64,000 nt of DNA from the human T2T-CHM13v2.0 reference genome, Homo sapiens (GCF_009914755.1 NC_060925.1); one strand, 5' to 3'. Shown: positions 1 through 21,045, numbered from the stretch's first letter. Translations and numbers: made by a program. Notes: generated by a model not told the origin, from the sequence alone.

Positions 1-2929
1 TATTAAAAAATAAAATCTCAATTGAAGTAAAATACAAATTTTCTTAAGCAATATTTTAAAGTAAATGGAAATGTTACAACCTGGATGAGGGGTGAGGAAT
101 TAATAACCTCTAATCACAGAATAAAAATGGAATGAGAATTCCATCTACCCAAATCAGACAATTAAAAAGTCGAAAGAGGTTACAGTAAAAATTGGGTAAA
201 ACTAAAACTTAAAAAATAATTTCAGAGGATACATGATATACTCGTCACACAGAAAACTCCAGTTGAACCTTATGGACTTGAGGAATGGATACCTTTGTTT
301 CTCCATCACTTAGCACAGTAGCTGGCACCATGTAAGTTCTCACAGAATTTTCCTGAACTCTCCAACCAGAGGCAACCTTTCACTCTCCATTCACATAACA
401 TTTCCTTCTTTCTCTTCTTTTGGGAATAACGTATCTTGCTTGAATTATATTTATCTTTATGCCAGTTTAATTCTCTCTTTTAGATTCATTTACATCTTTG
501 TATCCTCTAGCTCATTATTTTTTCAAAATAAAATGGATTAACATAAACAATTATTAAAGAGATAAACTAAAGGAAAATATTACAACCTGGCTGAGGGGCA
601 AAAATTATATGTTCAACATATATTTGATAACACATACTGAGAAAACACGGTCTACTTTTACTTTTCAGAAGTTTGTTCATGTTGACATTGTGGGGCCTAG
701 AAGATTTTTATCAAGTTTTCTATTTTTGCCAAGTCATATGATCTGCTATAGTTCAGCTATAGTTAACCAAATGTAGAAAAGAAAAAAATTTTCCATAATA
801 TCTAGTAATTCTCCAAAACAAGCTTGTTCCTTGTTATAAACACTGACATTCTTTGATAACTCTCACTTTATCCCACAGAGGTCATGTACTTATTTCCCAT
901 CTGTTGTCCTATGCTTACATTCCAAATTCAGTTGCATTGACTTTTAGAACAGCTTTAGGAACTGCACCCAGTTTTAAAATACATTATTTGTCTAAAAATT
1001 ATGACATGAGATTAAACTGTCATCTTTGTAGGTTTCTACACATACTCCAACTCATTCACCAATCCTTGAAAAGATTATGTAACCAATCTCAATGCCCTGA
1101 CCCAGGCCAAGCCCATTTCTACATGTGCAGTGTTCTCTGGATCTGATATTTAAAGCCCCTTATCCTGATACTACACACCTTTTGTCTTCTGGAATGCACC
1201 TCTCTTCTCATCCTTTTTCAAGGCACTAGAAAAGCAGACCATTTCTGCAGCACCTCAAACCAGGGTGAGAAAGCTCCACTCTAATCTCATCATTTTAGCT
1301 ACATAGATACATCGGCTCAAGGGAAGATGCCAAGTGTAGTACTTTACCACTCTGAGGATTTTTGAATCTATAACAGTTGTTTCAACTGGGCCAATAATTA
1401 TGAAGGGCAATAATTAAAAAGAGTATCCATAGTAAAGGAGTAAGAAAAAAAGTTAGAAAAAAAGTAGAGAAAAATATTTACTAGAGTATTTACTAGAACC
1501 CACCACTCTCAGATCAATTTTCTAGTGTTCTGTTGACTGGCAACCAGTCAACAAACTTTCATTGAGAAGCTATTTTATAGTAGGCATTGGGATAGCCTTT
1601 GTGGAATAAATACCGAGAAGCATATGTCTCTAGCAGAAGACAGACAAGAAAATGTAAAAACAAGAAAAAGAAATTGAGGAATAAGCCTACAGTTTACAAA
1701 GCTACACAATTATTCGTTATGCAAGGAATGAGGACTTAAGAGAAAGACTTCCCTGTGAACTACAATGAGATGAAAAAGCTTCTCAGAGTGAGATTTGAGC
1801 AAGAGTTTAAAAGAACTGACAGACTGATAAAAAGCTTCAAGTAGTCCAGAGGACTGAGTACTAAAACTCAGAACAATGTAACAAAAGCACAGAAGACAAA
1901 GTTAAGATGCTTTACATGACAGTAGAACATTTAGGCTAAGCTGGAGGACTGGGGAGAACAAGTGAAGAAGGTAAGTTTTGGCTAGATAATAGGTGGCCTT
2001 TAGTGTCAGGATGAGGATTTGGAAGTTAATCTTTTGGTCAGTGGGTAATAAATGATGGCATTTGTGTAGTTGAGCCAGTTGACAATGCTTTAACAACTTC
2101 AAAAGGCCCTGAAAAACATGGTCCCTAATCCTTAAGAAAAAAGGAACTCCTGACTTCAGGACCCTAAGCTAGGAGGAGATTGGAAAAATTCTCTTATGGC
2201 CCAACTGTATAGAAAATAGACCACCTCGGCCGTCTCACTTACTGAGTAACCTTTCCTACCAGAGAATGTGCTATATATGATTTCTTTACTTTCAACGGAA
2301 ATTTTGGATTCTCAGTTATCTTTCCCTGACCTCTTGTCTGGTGATCAGAAAAAGATGACTAAACTGGGAATCTTTATTTTCTAGTGGAAAAATAATCACG
2401 TATACCACATTTTATATCTTTTAATTGGGTGTAAATTTGAACTTCAACATCATAAAAATTAGTAAAATTCATTTTAAGCACAAAGTTGTTAATTCCCCCA
2501 AGATTTATCAAGAATGGCTTAATTTCAAAGGCTGTCAAGTTAATTATAAGCTAAGATTTTCCAGTTGCACCAAGGGTATATTTTATTTGGCAAAAGAAAC
2601 ATCCACTGGCTTTTGTCAGGATGAGTCTTGAGTTATTCAAGTTTTGAACTGAGAGGTCTTCAGAAATTCACCCCACATATTAACTGTGGCCTTCTCTACA
2701 CCACAAATTCCCCTCCACTCATCCTCAAATTGTTTCCTTTCTCAGAACATCTGTGACACAAAGACTGTGACACACCCACAGGTCGATTAACATGAGGACC
2801 CAACACCTATTAAAACATCCACACTCCTGAGAACACTAAAAACCAACCACCTCGTCAGGTCCCACCTCCAGTCTCGCTGAATCAGGAAACCTCAAGAGAA
2901 GCACCTGGAAGCAGGTTTAACAAGCGCAA

Positions 2930-3339
<410 letters not shown>

Positions 3340-3433
3340 TCAGCTTTCACCAAGAAAAACATGGGCTGATAGGGTTAAGGAAAAGTTTGACTGAAGAGGA
3401 TTAAATCCTGAAGGTTAGGGATGTCTTTGGGCG

Positions 3434-3666
3434 CTGGGGTCTCTCAATCACCAAAGATAGACATTACAGGCCAGGTAGCTCTTTGTCCCCCCAGAGGACT
3501 GTCCTGTGCCTTATGCTTAGCACTCCTGGCCTCTGCCCATTGGATACTTCTAGCACCTCCCCCCCAACACACACACACCTGACAACCCAAAACATCTACA
3601 GATATTGCCAAATACTCCACAGGGGGTGGGGTGGTGGCAATATATCTCCCTGTTTGAAGTCACTGG
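3434..3666. mobile_element. MER20 (hAT-Charlie)
   Basis: Resembles MER20: gactgtcctgtgc...tgacaacccaaaacatctacagatattgccaaat. Confidence 0.7.
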
Positions 3667-4183
3667 AATGGAAGTTAGGGGAGGATGGCTAAGTCAGGAC
3701 TTGAAAAAAGGCTAAGGGACGAAAGCACATGGCTATATTAGACAAAGTTTGTGACAGACGCCTGTAGGTATATGGTAAGGAAAACAGATTAAAACACTAA
3801 GAAATAGTAAGAGGTTGGACCGAGGGTTTCTCATCTGTATGGGAAATCTCATCTCGTTCATTACTTTCAGAAACAAAAAGGAAAACGACTTTAAAGATAC
3901 AGGTTAAAGGCTGAAGGGGTGTAGAACCACCCCCCGCCTCCTTCCCTCCATCCCTCCCAAATATCCCAGAACGAGTCAAACCTTTCTAATCTCGTAGCAC
4001 AGATAACAAGCAACTCAGTAAGACTAGACGGGGATGACTGAGGGCCAACTCATTACAGGACTACAGGAAACTCCTTAGTCCTAAACCCGAATGCATCCGT
4101 GACCATGGTAACACTCCCTACCTGACCAAAAGCTATCAAACGCTCTGACAAGTGTTTACAGCTGCTTTCTCGATTACTGAAGT

Positions 4184-4199
4184 GGCTCTGAAAAGAGCC
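4184..4199 (-). terminator. Histone 3' stem-loop of the H2B pseudogene, with downstream HDE (~4151-4171)
   Basis: Minus strand reads CCCAAA-GGCTCTTTTCAGAGCC-ACTT, followed by purine-rich GAGAAAGCAGCTGTAAACACT resembling the U7-pairing HDE. Confidence 0.95.
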
Positions 4200-4241
4200 T
4201 TTGGGGTTAGGTGGTTGATCTATTGCGTCCCTTGCACACTC

Positions 4242-4649
<408 letters not shown>

Positions 4650-4694
4650 TTAAAGAAGTAATCCGAACTACCGCAAAACGGGCTGGTTATGCGC

Positions 4695-4852
4695 TACTTA
4701 TAGAGCCTGTATGCAAATGAAGACTCGCAAAGTGCTGCGCTTTAATTGGTTAACTTACAACGGTGTCGTCAGAGGGGGTGGAGTCTATGTAAATAATAGA
4801 TTCTAGTCTTGCTTCCTTAATGGTCACTGTAACAAAAGTCTTGTTATCCAAT
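4695..4852 (-). promoter_or_regulatory. H2B promoter: TATA, octamer, CCAAT boxes
   Basis: TATAAGTA (minus, ~4695-4702); octamer ATGCAAAT 4711-4718 (H2B subtype-specific element); ATTGG 4745-4749; CCAAT 4848-4852. Confidence 0.85.
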
Positions 4853-5531
4853 CAGAATGGTCCATTTCACACTAACCAGTTTTAAGCTAGGTGAAGCGAT
4901 AGTTTCAACGGCTTGAGGTTTTTTTCTTGGTTTTCACTTTCCATTAGACTTGCATACGGAAGAAATCTTAACGCCAGCTAGACAAGTTAACTCTCTTGCC
5001 TCGTTTTTGCATTTTTATTCTATACTTTGTGGAAATTTTTTTCTCTTCCTTGAAATACTACCTCACCCACACATTTTTAAAAATCGCCAGATATTTACTC
5101 CCGCCCGCTTAAATTACTATTCTGGCTTGGACACCGCCTGTAGTATGCAATGAGGAAGATGCTGAGCTTTAATTAAGCTTATAGTTCCTAAATAAACCAG
5201 GAAACGGGTTTATAATTTTTAAGGGACTCGCCCCACCCTTACACTCAGGATCTTCCACATCTAGAAACTCCCCATAGTCTCTTGCCCCCATGCAAAACTT
5301 TACCCACAGAATTGGGAGCCGGACCTCTAGCCTTAAACCAGCGTGAAAAGGCTCGGCCGGAACCACAAGGACCATGCCTCTGCGGCTTTCTCTACTGCCG
5401 GCCAACTCACGGCTGGGCTTTGGGTTCTGTAACGTCACCCACCACGAGTGCCCCTGGCCCCTGACCGCTGCGCAAGGCAGACGCACATCAGATGGAGAGC
5501 CGGTACAGCTGCTCTTGATGAAAACGGCAGT

Positions 5532-5547
5532 GGCTCTGAAAAGAGCC
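5532..5547 (-). terminator. Histone 3' stem-loop of H3-7, with HDE (~5503-5516)
   Basis: Minus strand TAAA-GGCTCTTTTCAGAGCC-ACTG, then AAGAGCAGCTGTA downstream. Confidence 0.95.
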
Positions 5548-5574
5548 TTTAGATCGACCACTTAAAAATATACC

Positions 5575-5991
<417 letters not shown>

Positions 5992-6020
5992 TCATTGATA
6001 CGAGAGGGTCTAGGCAGTCG

Positions 6021-6117
6021 TATTTATAGACATAGCCTCCTCTTGATTGGGCCTGAAAAGGAAATTTTCAAACTTGTGATCTCATTGGTTAAAATTCAGT
6101 CCTCTTTACTGGGGCGG
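6021..6117 (-). promoter_or_regulatory. H3 promoter: TATA, two CCAAT boxes, GC box
   Basis: TATAAATA (minus 6021-6028); ATTGG at 6046-6050 and 6084-6088; GGGGCGG at 6111-6117. Confidence 0.85.
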
Positions 6118-7533
6118 AAGATTGTTCTGCTAATCTTTCTTCCCTTATTATTTCCCCCTTTCCTGATTTTTTTCTGTAATTTTATCGATCACGGATTGCT
6201 TTTGAAGACTTTCCTTTAAATTAGTCTAACTTTTGTAAAAGCAATGTATAAAGTGTTTTGCATCCCATTTTAACAGAGATTTTTTTTTTTCCCCGAATTC
6301 AAGCATGCCCTTCTATGAGCTATCAGCCTGTTTCAGGTTACCTGTTACTGAAGCTCTTCTACCATAGCTAACATTTATTTCATGTCTAGCATTTTGCTCA
6401 GCAAGTTAGATGCATTGTATACCATGAATGACCGAAGCTTAGCAAAAAAATATGTAATTGAAGGAATGAAAAAATTGATCTTATTTACTTGACCTTGGAA
6501 CCCAGCCAAAGCCATTTCATGTGGGTAGTGTGCTGACCTATATTGACCTGATATTAGAGCCTCTGCCTTCCTTTAGTCTTTTCTCCCTGCGATGTGGTTC
6601 CTTCTTCCTCACCCTCACATCAATGGCCAATTAGGTCCTGTAGATGTTAAGCTTCTAAATCAAAGAAGGACAACACCAGAAATTCATTTCTCCTTTACAA
6701 TGTAGAATAGTTTGTAAATTAGTGCTTATTAGCCAGATTACAAGTTAAAGTTTCAAAGCAAATTATTCATCAATTGCTGACTTGCTAACATTTTATTCAA
6801 TAAAGTATTTTATAATGCTTAAAAGTTTAATATTTTTTTCTGTTCTCTATGAAGAGAGTAAAGATGCTTTGCTTTTTCAATTTCATGTGCTTTGAAGTAT
6901 GTATTGTTCAGAACAGTAAATATAGTGGTTATGTAGAAGCAACTGATACTTAAAAGTTGTAGTAGTTAATATAAAACTTTTAATCATATGCTTATTTTAC
7001 TAAAAAAATCATTACAAACTATAAAAACTCAAACCTGAGAAAAGCAGGCCCGAAACGCTTAAAACTTACTTTGATGGTGTCATTATGAACTATCTTCCTA
7101 CTGAAGTCAAAGTAAAGTAAAAGTGATTTCAAGGGGACTTCCTGAACACTAAACACAAAGTAGAAATCTGTGAGCTTAATTAATATCTTCAAGAGTCTCT
7201 CATGGGCAGAAGCATCCTCCTCTCGAGAGATCTAAAATGTACAAAAGTGTAACTGATGTGAACAAATGTTATCCCTCTCTGTGGTAGTTTTGTAATAATG
7301 CCTTACAGACAGCAGGCACTACTCAGTGTTTAAAGTTCTTCTACATACACTTTATCATTTAATCCCTACTCTGTGAAATAGATCTTACTCTTCTCACTTT
7401 ACAGATAAGAAAACTGAGTCTCAGAGAAATTATGGCTTGTCCTGGGTAAGTAACAAAGCCTGTGTAATATTCTAAAGCAAAAGAATGAAACGGTAATGAT
7501 GAAACTTTCTATTTCATTAGGCTTAGAGGATAC

Positions 7534-7844
7534 CTTTTTTTTTTTTCATTTGAGATGGAGTCTCACTCTGTCACCCAGGCTGGAGTGCAGTGGTAGGATC
7601 TCTGCTCACTGCAGCCTCCGCCTCCTGTGTTCAAGCAATTCTCCTGTCTCAGCCTCCTGAGCAGCTGGGACTATAGGCGCAAGCCACCACCCCCAGCTAA
7701 TTTATTTATTTATTTGTATTTTTAGTAGAGACAGGGTTTCACCATATTGGTCAGGCTGGTCTCGAACTCCTGACCTCAGGTGATCCACCCTCCTCGGCCT
7801 CCCAAAGTGCTTGGGTTACAGGCATGAGCCCCACACACCCAGCC
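7534..7844 (-). mobile_element. AluS
   Basis: Full dimer with poly-T head. Confidence 0.9.
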
Positions 7845-8914
7845 AACACAGTTTAAAGCACAAAAGCGTTTTCCCATCATGCAATCACATCATCTAGTAT
7901 TTCTCAAACATCTACACCCAACTATTCCCATTAGAAGGGAAAACTACCCCATGGAATCTGGATGATAGCCCAAAGCAGCCCACCCAAGCATCACTTTTCT
8001 TTGCAATATACTTTCTCTATGATGTATGCAGTCTTGACCATAATGTAGGATGTGTTCATTTAAATAAGAAAATGGCATTCAATCAGACTTTAATGGCTAT
8101 AGGTATCATTTCTCAGAATAAAACAATCAGATGTATAGTTGCCTTAAAAGTCATCTTTAATAACAGAATTCAGATCAATTGTTAGTTCAATTTCACCTAG
8201 TCCCCACATTGGACACTAGAGTGACATTTCTGTGAAAGGTCTCAATCCACCACTATATCAGAAGCAGCTTTATGGTGCAAAAGAAGCTCTGCTTTTCTTC
8301 AGTTGTAACAAAGACGGAATATTCCTCCTAAAATTTTTGAAGTGTCCTTCAGCAGAAATTATAAGGCTGTGCAGCTTGAATACTGAGAACAGAAATTTCA
8401 TTAGGTAGCACGGGGGAATAGACAAGAGAAGATTAAAATTTACCTAACAAGAAATAAGCAGGCAAAAGAAAATATTAATAAATGAATTATTAGGCACATA
8501 ATGTTTTGTATGTACATGTGTTTACTTTTAATACAAAAGTAACGGACTAAGTTAACATAGATGTTCCAATAAGATAATTTATGTTTCATTTTTTGGCTTC
8601 AAGTATCCTCAGGGTTATAAGTATCATAAGCTGAGACCGGCTGAATTGGTTTGTGGGTTGATGAAGCCCTATGCCTGATTTGAATTTCTCTTGAATGGTC
8701 TGCAGCCCTGGACCAAGTTGAAGAAGCCATGAGAGTCTCAGCTTTTTTCCTTACCCCATTATGAGATAAACTCATTCCTTAAATATCTTGCTCATTTGAT
8801 AAAACTTGGCACCCTTCTCCTTTCTACTGGTCCCTGATACTTACTACCTGTACTGTAAGCTCAAATTTTTTACAATTTCTGCCTTTATTATGTAACGTAT
8901 TCCACTGGAATATG

Positions 8915-9329
<415 letters not shown>

Positions 9330-9354
9330 CTAAGATGTAAAGAGATGTAAAATA

Positions 9355-9688
<334 letters not shown>

Positions 9689-9775
9689 TTATGACAGAGT
9701 CAGAAAGGGGCAAGCGTGTTTCTTCTCTACCCTGAAGCAGCCAAGGGAGAAGAAGGTATCTGTTGCCAACGCTGG

Positions 9776-9942
9776 GGTGTTACAAGTGCACACTGTCATG
9801 CCCGGCTAATTTTTTGGATTTTAGTAGAGACAAGGTTTCACTGTGTTGCCCAGGCTGGTCTCGAACTCCTGAGCTCAGGCAATCCACCCACCTAGGCCTC
9901 GCAAAGTGCTAGGATTACAGGCGTGAGCCACCACGCCCGGCC
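9776..9942 (-). mobile_element. Partial Alu (left arm)
   Basis: Antisense left monomer. Confidence 0.8.
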
Positions 9943-10258
9943 TATATATGCATATTTTTTTCTAACACTTACATACTTTTTCTTGGTGCCAAGAATGTTT
10001 TAAACACTTTACATGTATTAACTCATTTTATCCTCACAAAACCCTGTCAAGTAGGTAGTATAAGTATGTCCATTTACAGATTGGGAGATGGAGGAATCAC
10101 AGAGAGGTTAAGAAACTTTCTCATAGTCACACAGTCGGTGCCAAACCAGATTTCAACTCCAGAGTCTTCCTTTAGTCACTATACTACACTACTAATATCA
10201 AATAAGTAAGATGTTGATGCAACATTGATAGTAATTTAAAAGATTAGAAACAACCAAG

Positions 10259-10550
10259 AGCCGGGGTGTAGTGGCCCATGCTTGTAATTCCAGCATCCGG
10301 GAGCCCGAGGCGGGCAAGTTTGTTGGGAGTTGGAGACCAGCCTGACAACATGGCAAAACCCTGTCTCTACAAAAAATATAAAAATTAGCTGGGCGTGGTG
10401 GTGCGCGCCTGTAGTCTGAGCTACTTGGGAGGCTGAGGTGGGAGGATCGCATGAGCCTGGGAGATTGAGGCTGCAGTCTGCAGTGAGTTATGATCACACC
10501 ACTGCACTCCAGCCTGGGCAACAGAGACCCTGTCTTAAAAACAAAACAAA
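10259..10550 (+). mobile_element. AluJ
   Basis: Diverged dimer. Confidence 0.85.
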
Positions 10551-11287
10551 ACCACCTCTGACAACGTAGGAATGCTGAAATGAGTTATGTTAATTCTAAG
10601 TAAAAACTCAACCTATCCCAATTAGCCCAAGACCACTACTTAGTCTACCTAAGCCAAGTCTGTTGACTTGTTACAATGAGGGAGAACACACAACAGAGAA
10701 ACTGGTGGCAGGGTGGTGGGAGGAGGGTGCTCACCAAACAAGAGGAAAATTAGAGTTATCATTGATTTTGGGGGACGAGTGGAGTGTAGTTTTCATAGGC
10801 TCAAAGCAAAGCAGGGCTGTGTGAAAGGGTAGGCATAGGATGGGACTTTGAAGTGGATCCAGGGTCTTGTTTCCTCAGAAACTACAAAGTTGAGATAGAG
10901 GTGGAATGCTGTGTTCAGAAACCCCTTACTTGAAGTTTTTGCACCTGGGTTGAAAATTACTGCTGGTTTTTTGTGTCAAGGTGGCTTAGGTCCTCCAGAC
11001 AGGAGGGGGATACTGCATTGTTACTGATTGATAGGATTTCAAGCAGCCAAAGTTCTGATAGTCTGTGATTTTGAGTACAAGTTCCTCAGTGAATAAGAAA
11101 GGAGTGGTCACTCAAAGAGGGGAGTTATGAGCCTTTATAGCTGTAGCATGCCCTTGGGAAAAGAATGTTTTCTGTCATTTCTAGTCTAGCTTTATCTCTG
11201 TTAGTGCAGCCTAATGAATGGCAGAACAGGTTTTGATTTTCTCAGTCCTAGCGAATTTCTGCTTCTCGAAGTGCATGTTAGTGGTAA

Positions 11288-11657
<370 letters not shown>

Positions 11658-11778
11658 TAATCTATATTTTAAAAATTGAACTCTTCCATGTACCCCTGAA
11701 CCTAAAATAAAAGTTAAAAACGAACAAACATACAAAACAACAACAACGACAAAAAAAAAAAAAAAAAACAAAAAACCA

Positions 11779-12135
<357 letters not shown>

Positions 12136-12348
12136 TCAGGGGCATATTATTTTATTTTTCCAAATGCTAGGAAGCAGGTATCCATTTTTGATAATATAAA
12201 TTTTGGGATAATTGGCAGTCATCTGGCTCACAGGGAAAACAGGAAAAACAAGAAACCTAAATAAACTTCATATTGATTTCCCAAAAAAATTACCTTTTAT
12301 TTTCAACCCTTATAGAACCCAACCTGCATCTCTTTGCCATCCATGTTC

Positions 12349-12722
<374 letters not shown>

Positions 12723-13261
12723 TGAGAAGCCAGAAACCAGCAGTTCTGTTCAGAGTTTTTATTTATATCTAATTGAACTAAGGAGTGTCAGCCTCCCCTC
12801 CAGAATGCTTGTCCCGGACTTCCAATACCAAGGTAGCTGGACTCTGAGCCCACATCCAGGCCCAATCCTCGGGTCATCCAACTTTCTAAGTTTTGCCAGA
12901 CTGCCTGGTGTAAAGTGGTATCTCAGCATTGCTTTCGTTTTCATTGTTCTGGGTATTCATGAGTTCAAGCATCTCTACCTGAGCTTGATAGTTTTCGGAT
13001 TTCTTCTCCTGTGTATTGCCTGTTCATATCCTTTGCTCCAACATTGTTTATAGAGCACTCCCTCCCTACTTTGGCATTTGGGGTCCCCTAAACCGGCCCC
13101 CATTGCTAAAGCTTACTTCTCATGACTGACCTTTGCCTATGCTGCATGTGGTCCAGGAACAATTCTTCTGTCTTTGTTTTTGCTGTCCCCTCTTGCCTGG
13201 ATTACATCATCTTCTCCAAACCCCCAATCTAAACATGTCCCGAATCCTAAATATTCTTTAG

Positions 13262-13818
<557 letters not shown>

Positions 13819-13891
13819 TAAAATCAGTCGGATGATTTTAACTTTCTTCTTTGTAGTTTTCTCTAGCCAGTTTTAAAAACTGTAAATTGTA

Positions 13892-14245
<354 letters not shown>

Positions 14246-14420
14246 CTATAAGTTGTAATCCATAGTGCAATTAATTTACTTGGTAGAGATCATCTTTTCC
14301 TTTCATTTTGCCCTTTTGTAAGAATCATAAAACGGGAAAATATCACCAATAGTAATTATCATTTTGTGAAACTTGTTGCAATTTTTATTTTCCTGTGAAT
14401 GTGACTGGGAGGCAATGTAA

Positions 14421-14740
<320 letters not shown>

Positions 14741-15794
14741 AATGTAAATGTATTTCTTACTGTAGACTTGAGGTCAGGAGAGTGGGCTGTACTGTACACA
14801 TATTGATATTATTTGTATCTATTCCATGTATCACTTTCTCCTAAAGCATCAAATCTAATACAAAAAAAGAAAAGCAAAACACAAAACCTAGGCTCAAATT
14901 CCACCTTGGCCATGTTTTAGCCGAGTAACTCACGTTCCCCGGTGTCTAATCTTTACCAGAAACTTCCTTATCTTTAAAATAGGGGAAAAGCCTTTTCTTC
15001 TTTCCAGGGTTGTTGTGGACTCAAACGAGAGGCTGTTAGTGAAAGGTTTTTGTGAGTTATAAAGCTCCTAGGAACCCAATTATTTCTGCTGCCTTGGCCA
15101 CATAGTCTAGAAGAATCTCTACATAATTAGCATCTAGAGACTGGATAATTTACCCATTATTTTCCATGTGCTTGTCTTATTTCCCAGCATGATGGTAATA
15201 TTTCCAAGGGAAAGATCTAGGATATATATCAAGTAACGTTTATCATAAAAATAATGAAATTGCTAATAACTATTAATTTATTGTCATGTTGAGACTCTGC
15301 TCTAAGTACTTTGTATGGACTGTATAGCAATTTATCCCTGCACGAATCCTATGAGGTATGTGTATTTATTGTTACTGTTTTACAGATATTGAAACTAAGA
15401 CACTGAGCCTCTATTTTAGCCTCATGTCTTCTTTCCTTCCAGCTTTTCCCAGGCAAGTAAATGCAGGCCACAGTCTGCCAGCTGCCCAACCATTCAGGCT
15501 TTTCATTATTATAGGAAGCATCTGGCCAAGGACCACCAACATCTTCCTGTCCTGCCCCTGAAGCTGTGAGTTCCCCAAGTGGAGACACAGCCTGTTCCCC
15601 AACACCTACACTCATGAACACGGGAGGGTTGGTCAAAATTGCACCGCTATCATGCTTAGTTTTATACTCAGGTGTAAGTGACTGATAGAAGGGCCTTTTG
15701 GAGGTGGAGAGTGCGCAGGTTCTGAAGAGGCAAGACCAGGGAAGTCTGGACCTGCTTCCAGAGTGTCCTCCCACAAGGCTTAGTGCTCAGGACC

Positions 15795-16236
15795 TGTAGT
15801 GGGTTGAATATGTTCCCTAAAGTTCGTGTCTATCCAGCATCTCAAAATGTGAACGCATTTGGAAACTGGGGCTTTGAAGACGTAAGTAGTTAAGGATCTT
15901 GAGATGAAATCATGCTGGATATAGGATGGGCCTTAAATTCAATGACTGGTATCTTTATAAGAGAAAGGAGAGGGAAATTCGGACACACAGAGATGAGTAA
16001 GAAGCCATGTGAAGATGGAGGGAGAGATTGGAATGAGGCTGCCACAAGCCAAGGAACATCAGAAGCCACCAGAAGCTGAAAGAAGCAAGGAAGGATTCTC
16101 CCTGAGAGCCTTTAGAGGGAGCATGGTACTTTATTTCAGACTTCTGGTCTCCAGAACTGTGGAAGAATACAGTTCTGTTGTTTTAAGCTACCAAGTTTGT
16201 GGTCATTTGCTATGGCAGCCCTAGGAAACTAACACA
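15795..16236 (+). mobile_element. MLT1 (MaLR) LTR
   Basis: tgtagtgggttgaat...ggcagccctaggaaactaacaca. Confidence 0.8.
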
Positions 16237-16461
16237 GGTTGAGTATCCCTTATCTGAAATGCTTGGGACTGGGACTGTTTCGGGTTTCAGATTTTGGAAT
16301 ATTTGCATATATATAATGAGATATATTGGGGATGGGACCCAAGACTAAACACAAAATCCATCTATGTTTCATAAATACCTTATACACACTTACACTGTGC
16401 CCCATTTTCTCCAACAACTTGACTTTCTGTACTATAGATAAACATAAATGTTTTCTCTCCC

Positions 16462-17123
<662 letters not shown>

Positions 17124-17971
17124 AACCTTTTTGATATTTTCAACAATATCTTTATACCACAGAGCAGAGAATAAGCAAAAAAACCCCACAGTGAGTAAGG
17201 CACGTAGGTCTTGGCTCCTACATGGGGCATTATGGGGAACGTGCTGTTGACGACACTGGCCTGCACACATGCCATTTTATGACCCTTTGTGGGTGTGTGC
17301 ACGTTGGGGAAACCGGGCATGTGCAGAAAAGATATATCTCAGCGGAAAGGGGCTGGGAGGGCCTTTTATTTCCTTGGGGGAAATACTGTGCATTGTATGA
17401 CCCGTTGTGTGAGGTCAGGTGTGGAATTTTCCACCGAGGCACCACATTAGTGCTCAAAATTGTTCAGATTTTGGAGCCTAGGGTTTCGGATCTTCAGATT
17501 AGGGGTGCTCAACCTGTACAACATCCTTGCAACAATCTAGGTGTGAGCTTTCCTCAAGAGCAAGAAGAGCTTGCCACTTCTGCTATATGACCACGGTGAA
17601 GCCAGCCTGTCACCCTCCTGCCCTGGATGACCCCAGGGAGCTCTACAGAGGTCCATGGCTGGGGGAGGCCAGCAATTGTCTAGGAGAGCTCAGTGCCACT
17701 TGCAAAGACGACAGATCTCTCTACAAATTCTGGGCTGAGCAGGTGAAGGAGGCTGGTCAGGCCCATGAAGGAGCCTAGTCAGCCGTAAGGAAAGGTTCAC
17801 TGTGGGGCCCCCGACTTCCCATTCCTGATCTCCTTTGTACCTCTGCTGCCCACTTCCTTTCCTCTTTCCCTCCAAGTATACCTTATACTCTGCTCCTGAT
17901 GACACTCAGATCTCCCCCCGCCCCCCCGCCCCTGTCAAATAAAAAGAGCCTAGTGACTTTTGTAAGAACGG

Positions 17972-18773
<802 letters not shown>

Positions 18774-19979
18774 AATGTGCATTCCTTTCTAAAGTATTTA
18801 TCTTCGAGCACTGAGGGGAACTCTGCCTTCAGCTAAGGCTACACAACTATCCTGATGGTGGACTGTAGCAACTTGTAGGCAAGGGGTACAGCTCAGGGCA
18901 GCTACCTCTCCCTCTTCTCGGGCCAACCTGGAGGAAGTTCCTTCCAGAGTCCAGGCTATACTTGCTTCTGGCCTGCAAATTCCTGAGAATTCTTTGAAAC
19001 CTAGGAGGGGCCTGGGTATTATGCCCTTTTGAGTGAGAATTCAGAGGCCAGTGGAATTAGGGCAATCAGGCATTTCCTGATCATCTGCTATGCTCCAGGA
19101 TGCTGACTTGGAGAGATGAACAAGGCAAAATGCTCATTCTGACGGCACTCAGAATTTCACGGGGAACTGGAAGGATAAATGAATCTGGGAGGAACTGCTA
19201 AAACAGGTAGGAGAGGGTAAGCTTGTTAGAACCTGAGCAGAATGCTGTCTGAAAAGGTAGAGAAGTCAGGAGAAGCAGTGAGGCCCTCAACCCTGTGTGT
19301 CACAATGCCTCCTGTCATTTCCTCTCTGAGTTTCCAGTACAAGCTTCTCGGTGGCTGTTTTCTGCCCAAGCACATGAACTTTGGAAGACCTAGCACTTTG
19401 GACAAAGTCCCTGGCCCTGACACTTAATAGTTTGGGGAACTTGGGCAAAATACTCAAAGCTTCCTAGTCTGTAAAGTGAGAATGACAAAACATCTGCCTT
19501 CCTTGCAGGATTGTTGTGGTGATGTGTAAGACATAAAATATCAAGCATAGTCAGCAGTCACTGAGCTTAAGGAATGTTAAGTTATAATCATTATTTCTGA
19601 ACTTCAGTGCCCAATATGACCCTGTTGACACCTCCTTTGCCTCCTTGGGACATACTCTCTTCTGGTGGTCCTCATCCCTTTCCAGCTATCCTCTGTCTCT
19701 TGGTATTCTCCTAATCTACCAACTCCCATCAATGTTCCTGCTTGCCCAGGGTGCCTGTCTCAGTCCTCTTCTTTTCTCCCTAACCCCTGGGAAGATCTCA
19801 TCAAATTCCCTGCCTCTCGTTTTCCTTATCGATTTGCTGAGGGCTTACTCACAAGTTTCTCCAGCTGAGACCCTTTACTGATGAGAGTAATAACAACTGG
19901 TGGAAGTGTTCTCCTAGGTAGAGAACAGGAATCTCAATTTTTAATGTTGGGAGGGACTTTATGCATCTTTTTGCTTTCA

Positions 19980-20334
<355 letters not shown>

Positions 20335-20409
20335 CTAACATCAACCCCATAGCTCCTCAGGCCAGAAGCTCCTTTATTGCATGCATTCTCCAAATGCCTA
20401 AATCACCAA

Positions 20410-21045
<636 letters not shown>

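Noticed and set aside
8196-8390. Exon-like minus-strand block (ttctgttctcag...AG|GTGAAA)
   Set aside because: Stops in the frames examined, no recognisable protein and no supporting neighbours.
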